A stretch of 64,000 nt of DNA, taken from the NCBI GenBank assembly GCA_030650275.1, contig JAUSEK010000023.1, positions 34,189 through 98,188 on the forward strand, read 5' to 3'. Shown here in pieces: positions 9,201 through 19,313 of the stretch. The notes beneath the pieces were generated by a model that ran no database searches, was not told the DNA's origin, and saw only the letters and a list, made by a program, of their open reading frames with translations. The translations under genes and the position numbers were made by a program. Within the stretch, counting starts at the first letter, position 1. Every line of letters begins with the position of its first letter. The stretch is from Candidatus Omnitrophota bacterium (GTDB taxonomy: Bacteria; Omnitrophota; Gorgyraeia; Zapsychrales; Fredricksoniimonadaceae).

Positions 9201-10778
9201 GTGATCAAAGTCAAGCGCGCCCTCATTTCCGTTTCTGACAAGGCCGGGTTGGCGCCATTCGCCCAGGGCCTTGACCGTTTGGGCGTTGAGATCATCTCCA
9301 CCGGCGGCACCGCCAAATTCCTGCGCGCCTTGAAAATCCCCGTCATTGAAGTTTCCGATTATACCGGATTTCCTGAAATGCTCGACGGCCGGGTCAAGAC
9401 CCTGCATCCGAAGATCCACGGCGGGCTTTTGGCCGTGCGCGACAATCCCGAACACCTCAAACAACTCAAAGAACAAAGCATCGGCCTCATTGACATGGTC
9501 GTTGTGAACCTGTACCCGTTCGAGAACGTCGTACAGAAAAAGAACGTCTCGCTGGACGATGCCGTGAAAAACATCGACGTGGGCGGACCGGCCATGCTGC
9601 GCTCGGCGGCGAAGAACTATAAAAGTGTTGCCGTCATCTGTAATCCCGCGCGCTATTCGGAAGTCCTGCAGGAATTGAAAAACAACAGCGGCATCCTGTC
9701 CGGCAAGGTCCTGGTCAATCTGGCCCTCGAAGTTTTTGAGCGCACCGGCACGTATGACGCCGCCATCCACGCGTTCTTGCACAGCCGTTTCAAAGGCGAC
9801 AATGCTTTTTCCGAGTTCCCCAAAGACATCCTTTTGCGTTTTTCCAAAATGCAGGACCTGCGTTACGGCGAGAACCCCCATCAGGCCGCGGCGTTTTATA
9901 CCGACCCCGCCGTCGGCGGGGCAGGCGGGGCCAGGCCGGGCCTGGCCGGCATGAAGCAATTGCACGGCAAAGAACTTTCCTTTAATAATATCCTCGACAT
10001 TCAGGCCGCCGCGGCGATCGTGCGCGATTGCGACGGGCCCGCGGCCGTCATCATCAAACACAGCAGTCCCTGCGGCGCGGCCCAGGCCGTGTCTTTGGAC
10101 AAAGCGTACCGCAAGGCCTTTGCCTGCGACCCTTTGTCCGCCTTCGGGGGTATCATCGGCCTCAATCGTTCCGTCGACGTCAAGACGGCCCGGGCCATCG
10201 TTCAAAGCGGGTTCATGGAATGCATCGTGGCCCCGCAATTTGAAAAAGCAGCGTTCGCGCTGTTGTCGCAAAAAAAGAATGTACGGCTTTTGGAACTGGA
10301 CATCTCCAGCCTGCCCGAGGAAAAATACGATTTCAAGAAGGTCATGGGAGGGCTGTTGCTTCAGGACAAAGACAATCGTATTTTGAAGGCCGAAGAATTG
10401 AAGGTTGTCACCAAAGTAAAACCCGACAAGGCCCTTCTTGAAGCCATGCTGTTCGGCTGGAAACTCATCAAACACGTCAGGTCCAATGCCATTGCCGTCA
10501 TCAAGGGCACGCAAGCCGTCGGCATCGGCGCGGGCCAGACCAGCCGTGTTGACAGCGCCATCCATGCCCTGCGCAAAGCAGGCAAAGCGGCCAAAGGCGC
10601 TGTTCTGGTTTCCGACGCTTTTCTGCCCAAGCCCGATACCGTCACCATCGCGGCCAAAGCCGGGATCAAGGTCATCGTCCAGACCGGCGGGTCCATCATG
10701 GACCTGGATGTCATCAAAGAAGCGGACAAACGCAAAGTCGCCATGGTGTTCACCGGCGTGCGCCACTTCAAACACTGA
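9201..10778 (+). CDS. purH: bifunctional AICAR transformylase / IMP cyclohydrolase
   Basis: GTG start; MGS-like N-domain (KRALISVSDKAGL) and AICARFT domain; 525 aa. Confidence 0.9.
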   Translation: MIKVKRALISVSDKAGLAPFAQGLDRLGVEIISTGGTAKFLRALKIPVIEVSDYTGFPEMLDGRVKTLHPKIHGGLLAVRDNPEHLKQLKEQSIGLIDMVVVNLYPFENVVQKKNVSLDDAVKNIDVGGPAMLRSAAKNYKSVAVICNPARYSEVLQELKNNSGILSGKVLVNLALEVFERTGTYDAAIHAFLHSRFKGDNAFSEFPKDILLRFSKMQDLRYGENPHQAAAFYTDPAVGGAGGARPGLAGMKQLHGKELSFNNILDIQAAAAIVRDCDGPAAVIIKHSSPCGAAQAVSLDKAYRKAFACDPLSAFGGIIGLNRSVDVKTARAIVQSGFMECIVAPQFEKAAFALLSQKKNVRLLELDISSLPEEKYDFKKVMGGLLLQDKDNRILKAEELKVVTKVKPDKALLEAMLFGWKLIKHVRSNAIAVIKGTQAVGIGAGQTSRVDSAIHALRKAGKAAKGAVLVSDAFLPKPDTVTIAAKAGIKVIVQTGGSIMDLDVIKEADKRKVAMVFTGVRHFKH

Positions 10779-12070
10779 TGGTTGCTTTTGATCCCCACCA
10801 ATACCTGAATTCCTTTACGAATTTTGAGAACACCCTGCATCAGCTTAAGGACAAGGATTTTAATCTGGCCCGTGTCGTCGAGTTATTGGATCTTCTGGGC
10901 CGGCCGGACAAAGATCTCAAGATCATCCACGTTGCCGGCACCAAGGGCAAGGGCTCAACGTGCGTATTTTTAAGTTATATTTTGGCGGCAGCGGGTTTTC
11001 GCGTCGGCCTTTACACTTCCCCGCATTTGCACCGGATCAATGAACGCATCCGCGTTCTGGACAAGGACAGCGTTGAGCGCCGCGAAGATTTTGCCGGGAT
11101 GATCACCGAGGAACAGCTGGCCCAGACCGTCAGCGTCCTGCGCGGGCACATCGCGGCCATGATGAACCGGGGTTCATTCCTGACTTATTTTGAGGTATTG
11201 ACCGCGGCGGCGCTATATTTTTTCAGTCAGCAGCGCCTGGATTGGGTCATTTTGGAGACCGGTTTGGGCGGGCGCCTGGACGCGACCAACGCGGTGGACG
11301 CGCTGGTGGCGGTCTTGACGCCGGTCAGTCTGGACCACACGCATATTTTAGGCAAGACGCTGGAGCTGATCACCGTCGAGAAATCAGGGATCATCAAAAG
11401 TTCCCGCCAAAGGGCCGTGATCGCGCCCCAGGACGAAAAAGTCATGGCCCTGATCTTGAACCGCTGCCGCGAATTCGGTATCCCGCCGATCGTGGTGGAC
11501 ACGGCCAGATATCAGGACCTGAAGGTTTCTTTAAAAGGAGAACATCAGAAGGTCAACGCGTCCACGGCCGTGCATGTGATCGAGTTATTGCGCCATTGGG
11601 GGTATAAGGTCCCCGATGAGGCGATCGCCAAGGGGTTAAAACGGGCCCGGTGGCCGGGGCGATTTGAGGTCTTGCAGAAAAAACCCGTGGTCATTGTTGA
11701 TAGCGCGCATAACGCGGCCTCGGCCAGGGTTTTGGCCAAAACAGTAGCGGATGGATATTCCGGACGGGCGGTGATCCTGGTCCTGGGCGTATCTTTGGAC
11801 AAAGATATTCAGGGGATGGCGAGGGAATTAAAGGCAATGGCCGCGCGCGTTATTCTGACCCGGGCCGACCACCCGCGCGCGTATACGTTTGGCCGCGACG
11901 AGGCCGGAACATTGTTTCAGGATAAAGAATGGTCCGTGACCCAAACAGTCAACGAAGCTCTGGACCTGGCATTGTCCGAAGCCAAGGACAATGATGTGAT
12001 CGTGGTGGCCGGTTCAGTATTCGTCATCGCTGAAACCAGGAGTATAATGGGGACATCCACCGTAACCTGA
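10778..12070 (+). CDS. folC: folylpolyglutamate synthase / dihydrofolate synthase
   Basis: Mur-ligase P-loop GTKGKGST; ATG overlaps purH stop (TGATG). Confidence 0.85.
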   Translation: MVAFDPHQYLNSFTNFENTLHQLKDKDFNLARVVELLDLLGRPDKDLKIIHVAGTKGKGSTCVFLSYILAAAGFRVGLYTSPHLHRINERIRVLDKDSVERREDFAGMITEEQLAQTVSVLRGHIAAMMNRGSFLTYFEVLTAAALYFFSQQRLDWVILETGLGGRLDATNAVDALVAVLTPVSLDHTHILGKTLELITVEKSGIIKSSRQRAVIAPQDEKVMALILNRCREFGIPPIVVDTARYQDLKVSLKGEHQKVNASTAVHVIELLRHWGYKVPDEAIAKGLKRARWPGRFEVLQKKPVVIVDSAHNAASARVLAKTVADGYSGRAVILVLGVSLDKDIQGMARELKAMAARVILTRADHPRAYTFGRDEAGTLFQDKEWSVTQTVNEALDLALSEAKDNDVIVVAGSVFVIAETRSIMGTSTVT

Positions 12071-12109
12071 ATTCCGTAGACTTGAATTCGGGTTACGGTG
12101 GGTGTCCCC
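12049..12109 (+). repeat. 19-bp-stem hairpin (one G:T) with 23-nt loop containing two GAATTC; spans folC stop, ends 10 nt before mnmE ATG
   Basis: GGGGACATCCACCGTAACC ... GGTTACGGTGGGTGTCCCC inverted repeat read directly; no U-tract. Confidence 0.5.
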
Positions 12110-12118
12110 GTAATTCAT

Positions 12119-13510
12119 ATGTATCAATACAAATCATTAGAAGACACGATCGTCGCCATCGCCACCCCGCCGGGCCAGGGGGGCATCGGCATTGTGCGTT
12201 TGAGCGGCACGCAGGCGCTGGCGGTTGCTGACCGTATTTTTCAGACAAAAAACGGCAGGAAGATCGCGCGCGCGTTGACGCACACGGTGCATTATGGCCG
12301 CATTGTCCATGGGGACAAGACCATCGACGAGGGATTGATCACCGTGATGCGCGCGCCTAAAAGTTACACGACCGAGGATGTGGCGGAGATCAATTGCCAC
12401 GGCGGTATGGCCGCGGTGCGCGCGGTCCTGGAAGCGGCGCTGGACGCCGGCGCGCGCCTGGCTGAACCCGGGGAATTCACCAAACGGGCGTTCATCCACG
12501 GCCGCATTGATCTGCCACAGGCCGAGGCCGTTCTGGATATTATCCAGGCAAAGACGCAGGCATTTTTGCGCGCCGGCCATGCGCATTTGCAGGGTGAATT
12601 GTCCGCCGCGCTGGGCGGGATCCGCGACGCGTTGATGGAAATTTATACGGTCATTGAGGCCCTCATCAATTTTCCCGAAGATGATATTGATGCTAAGGGC
12701 AGGAATGCTCTTGTCCAACAGATGCAGGCGCAGGAACAAGAAGTTGAACATTTGGTGAGGTCCGCGGACCAGGGGCGCCTTTTAAAAGAAGGCCTGCGCA
12801 TTGTCCTGTGCGGACGGCCCAACGTGGGCAAATCATCACTGCTGAACGTGCTTTTAAAACATGACCGCGCCATTGTCAGCCCCATGCCCGGGACCACCCG
12901 CGACCCGCTGGAAGAATACGCGCAAATTAAAGGTATTCCTTTTCAGATCATCGACACAGCCGGTATTTTGGAACCGCGCGATGTCGTGGAACAAGAGGCG
13001 GTCAAGCGCAGCCGGCGGCACATGGAGGACGCGGACATCGTTCTTTTGATCCTGGACGCCGGTGAGCCGCTTTCAAAAGAAGATACGCGTTTGGCCGGAC
13101 AGATCAAGGGCCGGAAGGTCATTGTTGTTTTAAATAAAAGCGATCTTCCCGCGCGGGTCACGGGTGAAGACATCAGGCGCTTGTTTCCCGACAGTCCCGC
13201 GGTGCGCGTCAGCGCGCTTAAAAAGACAGGCATTGAGGATCTTGGATCCGCTCTCATCACATGCGCGGGGCAGGCCAACCATTTTGACGGGCAGGGGATC
13301 CTGATCAGCAATATCCGCCACGTGCAGGCCCTTAAGTCCGCGCAAGAGCGCCTTGCCCACGCCGTCACCTTGACGGAACAGGGCACTTCCTGGGAATTCG
13401 TTTCCGAGGAGATCAAGGGCGCAATCAATCAGCTGGATGCCGTCACCGGCCGCAACATCGACGCCGATCTCCTGGACCGCATCTTTTCCTCATTCTGCAT
13501 CGGTAAATAG
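12119..13510 (+). CDS. mnmE: tRNA modification GTPase MnmE (TrmE)
   Basis: N-terminal IATPPGQGGIGIVRLSG, G-domain GRPNVGKSSLLN, C-terminal CIGK; ATG 12119 preferred over table GTG 12098, which lies inside the hairpin. Confidence 0.85.
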   Translation: MYQYKSLEDTIVAIATPPGQGGIGIVRLSGTQALAVADRIFQTKNGRKIARALTHTVHYGRIVHGDKTIDEGLITVMRAPKSYTTEDVAEINCHGGMAAVRAVLEAALDAGARLAEPGEFTKRAFIHGRIDLPQAEAVLDIIQAKTQAFLRAGHAHLQGELSAALGGIRDALMEIYTVIEALINFPEDDIDAKGRNALVQQMQAQEQEVEHLVRSADQGRLLKEGLRIVLCGRPNVGKSSLLNVLLKHDRAIVSPMPGTTRDPLEEYAQIKGIPFQIIDTAGILEPRDVVEQEAVKRSRRHMEDADIVLLILDAGEPLSKEDTRLAGQIKGRKVIVVLNKSDLPARVTGEDIRRLFPDSPAVRVSALKKTGIEDLGSALITCAGQANHFDGQGILISNIRHVQALKSAQERLAHAVTLTEQGTSWEFVSEEIKGAINQLDAVTGRNIDADLLDRIFSSFCIGK

Positions 13511-13534
13511 AGGCAGCTGCTGCCTTAATCCTAC

Positions 13535-14173
13535 TTAATCTTTCTGCTGGATCTGGGTGTAGGCGGACAGGAGTTTCTGGATGAACTGCGGGTCCTGGGC
13601 GGATTCCATGACCTTGGGATTGGACATGAGCGTGACATAATCCCTTCTTTGAAGGGCCCTGACAACGCCCGGGTCCTTGAGCAAGGCCTGCATGCGTTCG
13701 TCCTCATGCAGGTCCTTGACGGCATCAGTATGTCCGGCCGGTTGGGCAGGAATAAAAGGCGTCAGAAGAGAGTAGGAAAAGGACCGGTGGATGTCCTTAC
13801 GCAGGGCTGTTATGGATGGATGGATCGGCGGCAAAAATGCCAGGACAAAGACAATCGGCAGCGCCAGGACAGCAACCCACAAAGCCGTGATCATAGCTCC
13901 GGCCAACCGTGAAAAGAAGCCCGACTGGACCCTGCCGGAGGCATTGATCGATCCCAGGATCATTTTAAGGATCAAACTCAAGGCAATGGGGCCCAACAGC
14001 CCGATGGCAAGGCTGACAGCGATATCTTTTGTCACCCTATAATAGAGAAAAGCAACACCTGTACCGATGATCAGAGCACAGGGGCCGATCACTGAACGGG
14101 CAAACCCGCAGCTGGCGCCGCGCAACAGCGCCAACGCTTCGATTAAAAGCAGGCAAATGTCGGTAACAGCCAT
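13535..14173 (-). CDS. cvpA: CvpA-family membrane protein
   Basis: Four TM helices followed by soluble C-terminal tail, typical of CvpA. Confidence 0.5.
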   Translation of the reverse strand: MAVTDICLLLIEALALLRGASCGFARSVIGPCALIIGTGVAFLYYRVTKDIAVSLAIGLLGPIALSLILKMILGSINASGRVQSGFFSRLAGAMITALWVAVLALPIVFVLAFLPPIHPSITALRKDIHRSFSYSLLTPFIPAQPAGHTDAVKDLHEDERMQALLKDPGVVRALQRRDYVTLMSNPKVMESAQDPQFIQKLLSAYTQIQQKD

Positions 14174-14375
14174 GATTTGATTATATCAGAGAAAAATTGT
14201 TTAAAAAATATTATTTTTTCATTCAAGGATTGTGGTAACCTCAATCAGGCCAACTATTTTGGAATAAATAAAAAGTTGCGATTTTATTTGCACTTTTGCC
14301 GGGATGTTTTACAATACCATTAGTAAGAAAGCGTTTTCGCCGTCATCATTTTTTCATACCTTTGTAGGTGGAAGT

Positions 14376-14708
14376 ATGGCAGACGTCAAAAATAAGCGCA
14401 GCGAAGACCGCCTGGACTGTTTTGTGCCGGTGGAAGGCAAAGCCGGGTCCGCATTTGACCAGACACAGACCGTGGACATCAGCCGCAACGGCATCGGTTT
14501 TGTTTCCTCCCACCCCCATCAAGTCAACGAAAAAGTCGCCATCGAGATCCAATTGAAGCCCAATGCCGAGCCGGTTTTGGTGCTGGGGGTCGTTAAATGG
14601 GTGAGTAAACTTTCGGATTCCAAGAATTACCGGATAGGGCTTAATTTTGCCGAAGTCCTTTCCGGTTCCCCAACCCGCCTGGACAGGTATTTTGACGAGG
14701 CGGGATAG
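14376..14708 (+). CDS. PilZ-domain protein (c-di-GMP receptor-like)
   Basis: RxxxR (KRSEDR) and DxSxxG (DISRNGIGF) PilZ motifs; ATG 14376 with SD-like GGTGGAAG. Confidence 0.65.
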   Translation: MADVKNKRSEDRLDCFVPVEGKAGSAFDQTQTVDISRNGIGFVSSHPHQVNEKVAIEIQLKPNAEPVLVLGVVKWVSKLSDSKNYRIGLNFAEVLSGSPTRLDRYFDEAG

Positions 14709-14728
14709 TTTCGCGAAGGATCTCTTTC

Positions 14729-15052
14729 ATGCCCGAACGCCGCCTTTTTGAACGTTTTTGGGCGCGTTATCCCGCCAAATTTAAGGATTCACGCAATGAA
14801 TACGGGACCGATGTTTTTCTAAGGGATGCCTCTGCCGAGGGCGTGCGCATCAACACCCGCGAGCGGATGTTTTTGGATGATCCCGTTACTTTGGAAGTTG
14901 AAGTTCCCGATGGCACCTCGCCGATGGTCCTCTCCGGCAGGGTGAGGTGGACCAGGGCGGCCGGTTCGTCGGCGTGGGATGTCGGCGTGCAATTTCCCCA
15001 GGTGGATTTTATGAAGATGAGCCGCCTTTTTCAACTGACCCTCCAGCCCTAA
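14729..15052 (+). CDS. PilZ-domain protein (second tandem copy)
   Basis: ERRLFER and DASAEGVRI PilZ motifs. Confidence 0.6.
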   Translation: MPERRLFERFWARYPAKFKDSRNEYGTDVFLRDASAEGVRINTRERMFLDDPVTLEVEVPDGTSPMVLSGRVRWTRAAGSSAWDVGVQFPQVDFMKMSRLFQLTLQP

Positions 15053-15060
15053 AACCAATC

Positions 15061-17790
15061 ATGGACGAAAAAGCACTTTATACCTACGGCCCCGACGGGA
15101 TCACGTTTGTTTCCGCGGCCGCGGGGGCGATCAAGACCATTTACGCCCCCCTATGCGGGGCGGACGCCTCCTCTTTGAAATCCGCGATCACGCCCTCTTT
15201 GAGCGGGGACATCAAATTGGATAAATTGCATTATGTCACCAAACCCGCGTCCCGTGAGGACCTGCGCCGGCCGTCGCGCGAATTTTTTGTTTCCGTCAAG
15301 GGCAAAGGGACCTGTTCGCTGGCCAAAGACAGCGCTCCGGATACGGCCACCGTCGCAATCGGACAATTGTGGCACCAGGTGACCCGCCGTCATCCGTCCT
15401 GCGGGCTTAGCCTTGAGGCCGTTCATTTCATTCCCGTCACCGATGAGACGGTTGAGCTCATGCGCGTGACGGTCAAAAACATTTCGCGCAGGAACATCAC
15501 CTTGACCCCCACCGCGGCCATTCCCATTTTCGGCCGTTCTCTGGCCAATAAACACGACCACGAACACGTCACCGCGCTTTTACACCGCATCCAACAGAAC
15601 AAGGACGGGGTGCTGGTCGAGCCCACCATGGTTTTTAATGAAGAAGGCCACGGGCAGGCGCAGTGCGTGTATTTTGTCTACGGCGCCGATGGCGCCGGCG
15701 CGCCCCCATCGGGAACTTTTCCGACGGTAGATACGTTTTTGGGGGATGCCGGCAACCTGGACGCCCCGCAGGCGGTCATGGAAGGCCATCGACCCGTTCA
15801 ATGTTCTGATGAGGCCTTGCAGGGCAAGGAAGCCGTTGGTGCTTTGCGTTTCAAAGAGATCACATTGAAACCCGGAGGGACTAAAGAATATTTCATTGTT
15901 GTGGGACTGGCGCCTGACGCTGCCGGGGCCCGCGCGTTCTTCAAACGTTTCGCCTCTCCCCAAGCGTTCAAAGAGGCCTGGGCGCTCAACAGGAAATTCT
16001 GGGAGGACAAGACCGGCACGATCCGTTTTAAGACCGGCGACGAGGGTTTTAATGCCTGGATGCGCTGGGTCACCCTGCAGCCGATCCTGCGGCGTATTTT
16101 CGGCTGTTCATTTTTGCCTGACCACGATTACGGCAAGGGAGGCAAGGGCTGGCGCGACATCTGGCAGGACCTTTTGTCGCTCATCCTCATCGAGCCCTCC
16201 GCCGTGCGCGGGGCTTTGCTCAACAATTGCGCGGGGATCCGCATTGACGGCAGCAATGCCACCATCATCGGCGCCAAACCCGGGGAATTCATCGCGGACC
16301 GCAATGCCATCACCCGCGTCTGGATGGACCACGGCTGCTGGCCGCTGGTGACCCTGCTTTTGTATATCAACCAAAGCGGCGATTTTGATGTTCTTCTGGA
16401 AAAGGTCCCGTATTTCCGCGACCCGCAAATGTTCAGGACCTTTGAGAAAGACTTAGGCTGGCTGGCGCGCTACGGCCATAAACTGGTGGACAAAAAAGGC
16501 CATACGTACGAAGGCACCGTCCTCGAGCACATTTTGGTGCAGAACCTGACCCAGTTCTTTAACGTCGGGGAACACAATTGCATCCGCCTGGAAAGCGCGG
16601 ACTGGAATGACGGGCTGGACATGGCTTTCGCGCGCGGGGAAAGCGCGGCGTTCACGGCCTTTTACGGCGGCAACCTTTTGAAGATCGCCGACATCATCGA
16701 GGGCCTGGCCGGACATAAAGGCATTGCGGCCGTTGAAGTGGCCAAAGAAATCTTGCTTTTATTGGACACCCTTAGCGGCGATCCCATAAATTACGACCAT
16801 CCCAGGGACAAACATCAGCTGTTGTTCGACCGTTATTTCAGGGCCGTCCAGCCGGCATTGAGCGGGGAAAAAGTGTCCGTCAGCGTCCAGGGCCTTGTCA
16901 AAGACCTGCGCCACAAAGGCCGCTGGCTTTTTTCCCATTTGCGCCATCAGGAGAAAATTACTGTCGAGGATAAGGGCAAGAACTACACCTGGTTCAATGG
17001 GTATTATGACAATCAGGCCCAACGGGTGGAAGGTAAAAAAGACGGCACGGTGCGCATGACTTTGACGGCCCAGGTTTTCGCCATCATGAGCGGCATGGCC
17101 GAGACCAGGGAGATCGAGGACATTATGACAAGTGTTGATCGATTTCTGCGGGATAAGAATTTGGGCGGATACCGTTTGAATACCGATTTCGGCATCCGTC
17201 ATTATCCGGATCTGGGGCGGGCGTTCGCTTTTGCCTACGGCACCAAGGAGAACGGTGCCTTCTTCAGCCACATGACGGTGATGTACGCGTACGCGCTGTA
17301 TGAACGCGGCTTTGCCCGTCAGGGGCACGAAGTGCTGCGTTCGATCACCCGCATGGCCGTCGATGGCAGGCGCAGTAAGATCTATCCGGGCATCCCGGAA
17401 TATTTTGATCCCGAAGGCCGGGGGATGTACCATTATTTGACCGGGTCTGCCAGCTGGTTTGTCCTGACCCAATTGACGCAGGCATTCGGCGTGCGCGGTC
17501 TTCGCGGTGACCTGGCCCTATCTCCGCAATTAGTCAGGGAAGAATTTGACGCGAAGGGCAACGCGTCCGTGACCTGTCCTTTTGCCGGGCACACGATCAC
17601 GGTGCAATACCGTAATCCAAAGAAGCTGGATGCCGGGTCCTATACTATTAAAGAGATCAGCTTTCAGGGAAAGCCCTTAGGCCTTGAACGTTCCCCCCGG
17701 GGGGAGACGCTCATCAGGCGTTCCCGCCTGCGCGCCGACCTTGCATCGGCTAAGCCGCTTGTCCTGGATGTGATGTTGGGAACACGATAA
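15061..17790 (+). CDS. GH94-like (cellobiose/chitobiose phosphorylase-type) glycoside phosphorylase/hydrolase, (alpha/alpha)6 barrel
   Basis: About 909 aa; motif ESADWNDGLD and overall GT36/GH94-like architecture; ATG 15061 (table start 14947 overlaps the PilZ gene). Confidence 0.5.
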   Translation: MDEKALYTYGPDGITFVSAAAGAIKTIYAPLCGADASSLKSAITPSLSGDIKLDKLHYVTKPASREDLRRPSREFFVSVKGKGTCSLAKDSAPDTATVAIGQLWHQVTRRHPSCGLSLEAVHFIPVTDETVELMRVTVKNISRRNITLTPTAAIPIFGRSLANKHDHEHVTALLHRIQQNKDGVLVEPTMVFNEEGHGQAQCVYFVYGADGAGAPPSGTFPTVDTFLGDAGNLDAPQAVMEGHRPVQCSDEALQGKEAVGALRFKEITLKPGGTKEYFIVVGLAPDAAGARAFFKRFASPQAFKEAWALNRKFWEDKTGTIRFKTGDEGFNAWMRWVTLQPILRRIFGCSFLPDHDYGKGGKGWRDIWQDLLSLILIEPSAVRGALLNNCAGIRIDGSNATIIGAKPGEFIADRNAITRVWMDHGCWPLVTLLLYINQSGDFDVLLEKVPYFRDPQMFRTFEKDLGWLARYGHKLVDKKGHTYEGTVLEHILVQNLTQFFNVGEHNCIRLESADWNDGLDMAFARGESAAFTAFYGGNLLKIADIIEGLAGHKGIAAVEVAKEILLLLDTLSGDPINYDHPRDKHQLLFDRYFRAVQPALSGEKVSVSVQGLVKDLRHKGRWLFSHLRHQEKITVEDKGKNYTWFNGYYDNQAQRVEGKKDGTVRMTLTAQVFAIMSGMAETREIEDIMTSVDRFLRDKNLGGYRLNTDFGIRHYPDLGRAFAFAYGTKENGAFFSHMTVMYAYALYERGFARQGHEVLRSITRMAVDGRRSKIYPGIPEYFDPEGRGMYHYLTGSASWFVLTQLTQAFGVRGLRGDLALSPQLVREEFDAKGNASVTCPFAGHTITVQYRNPKKLDAGSYTIKEISFQGKPLGLERSPRGETLIRRSRLRADLASAKPLVLDVMLGTR

Positions 17791-17884
17791 GTATTAATTG
17801 CGTGATGCGCGTTTATTTGTTAAAATCCGTTTTCTTATTTTTAAACAGGCGTTGATCTCTCCATAAGCAGGATGAAGGAGTTTT

Positions 17885-19312
17885 ATGGGAAAAGTCCCGG
17901 CGCATTCTCACCACGTCACCGCCCCTGAAGACCGCATTCCATTTTTTCAACAAGCCGCGTACAGCATAGGAGCACTTGTCAACCAGATGCAGGCGGCGGC
18001 TTTGACCGCCATGGTCCTGGTCCTCAATCTTGGTTTGGGGATGGATCCCGCCAAGGTGGGGATCATCGGGACGGTCCCGCGCCTGATCGACGCCTTCACC
18101 GACCCCTTGATCGGTTACACGTCGGACAATACCCGCACGCGGTATGGACGCCGCCGGCCCTTCATGTTATTCGGGGCCGTGATCTCAGGCCTTTTATTCA
18201 TCCTGATGTTCCAGCTGCATAAAGAAAGCCCGGAAAGTTACAGTTTTTGGTATTTTCTGATCATCCAGTGCTTGTATGTGGTCGCCTTCGCCTTCTTCGC
18301 CATTCCCTTTATTGCCTTAGGGTTTGAAATGACCCCTGATTATCACGAACGCACGCGTCTGCAGGGGGCCTGCAACACCATCGGCCAGATCGCCTGGGTC
18401 ATTTCTCCCTGGCTGTTCGCATTCATGTATAGCAGCAAGGACCTCGTGCATGGCGTACGGGTGCTAGCGGTTATTTTTGGCGTCTTCATCATCGCCGGCG
18501 GGCTTTTCCCGGTATTTGTCAACAAAGAGCGTTCTACCCATCTGCCCAGTGTCAAGAAACGCAAGGCGATGGAGGTGATGAAGGATTTCTTCTCCGGCTG
18601 CAAGATCGCCTTCAAGAACCGGCCCTTCGTTCAGCTGTGCACCATTACGTTCCTGGTCTTCAACGGGTTCATGCTGGCTTCCTCGTTCACGGCCTATGTC
18701 ATTTTCTTTTACGTGTTCGGCGGCGATTACGGCAAGGGGGGGCAACTGCTTGGGTGGAACGGGACGGTGGCGGCGGTCGCGAGCTTCTTTGTCATCTTCC
18801 CTTTGATCACGTGGATCGCGACCAGGCTCGGCAAGCGCAACACCCTGCTCATTACTATTCCCTTGTCCATGGTCGGGTACGCCATGAAATGGTGGGGTTA
18901 TAACCCGCAGCATCCCTACCTGCTCTTGGTGGCGGCGCCATTGATCGCCTTCAGTTTGGGGTCGATCTTCACTGTTGTCACCTCCATGCTGGCCGATGTC
19001 TGCGATTTTGACGAACTTGAGAACGGTTCCCGCCGGGAGGGTATTTTCGGCGCCATTTATTGGTGGATGATCAAGCTCGGACAGGCGGCCGCCTCGTTGA
19101 TGTCCGGTTTTCTGCTCAACTGGACGGGCTTCAAGGAATCCTTGCACGGCGCCCAGACCGCGCATACCTTGTTATGGCTGCGGCTTTTTGATATCGGCAT
19201 CCCCATCGCGGCCTCATTGATCGCGATCTATTTTATCGCGACCTTCGAGATCTCCGAGGACAGGGCTTACGATATTCGCAAGCAGCTGGAACAAAGACGG
19301 GGGAAAACGTAG
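17885..19312 (+). CDS. glycoside-pentoside-hexuronide (GPH) family cation symporter (MFS)
   Basis: 12 TM; GPH signature region DPLIGYTSDNTRTRYGRRRPF. Confidence 0.75.
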   Translation: MGKVPAHSHHVTAPEDRIPFFQQAAYSIGALVNQMQAAALTAMVLVLNLGLGMDPAKVGIIGTVPRLIDAFTDPLIGYTSDNTRTRYGRRRPFMLFGAVISGLLFILMFQLHKESPESYSFWYFLIIQCLYVVAFAFFAIPFIALGFEMTPDYHERTRLQGACNTIGQIAWVISPWLFAFMYSSKDLVHGVRVLAVIFGVFIIAGGLFPVFVNKERSTHLPSVKKRKAMEVMKDFFSGCKIAFKNRPFVQLCTITFLVFNGFMLASSFTAYVIFFYVFGGDYGKGGQLLGWNGTVAAVASFFVIFPLITWIATRLGKRNTLLITIPLSMVGYAMKWWGYNPQHPYLLLVAAPLIAFSLGSIFTVVTSMLADVCDFDELENGSRREGIFGAIYWWMIKLGQAAASLMSGFLLNWTGFKESLHGAQTAHTLLWLRLFDIGIPIAASLIAIYFIATFEISEDRAYDIRKQLEQRRGKT

Positions 19313-19313
19313 T

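Noticed and set aside
9090-10775. 561-aa minus-strand ORF
   Set aside because: It is antisense to purH, whose identity is unambiguous, and has the same high-GC artefact composition.
14947-15060. N-terminal extension of the phosphorylase ORF (table start 14947)
   Set aside because: It overlaps the second PilZ gene in another frame. The ATG at 15061 immediately after the PilZ stop gives a sensible start.
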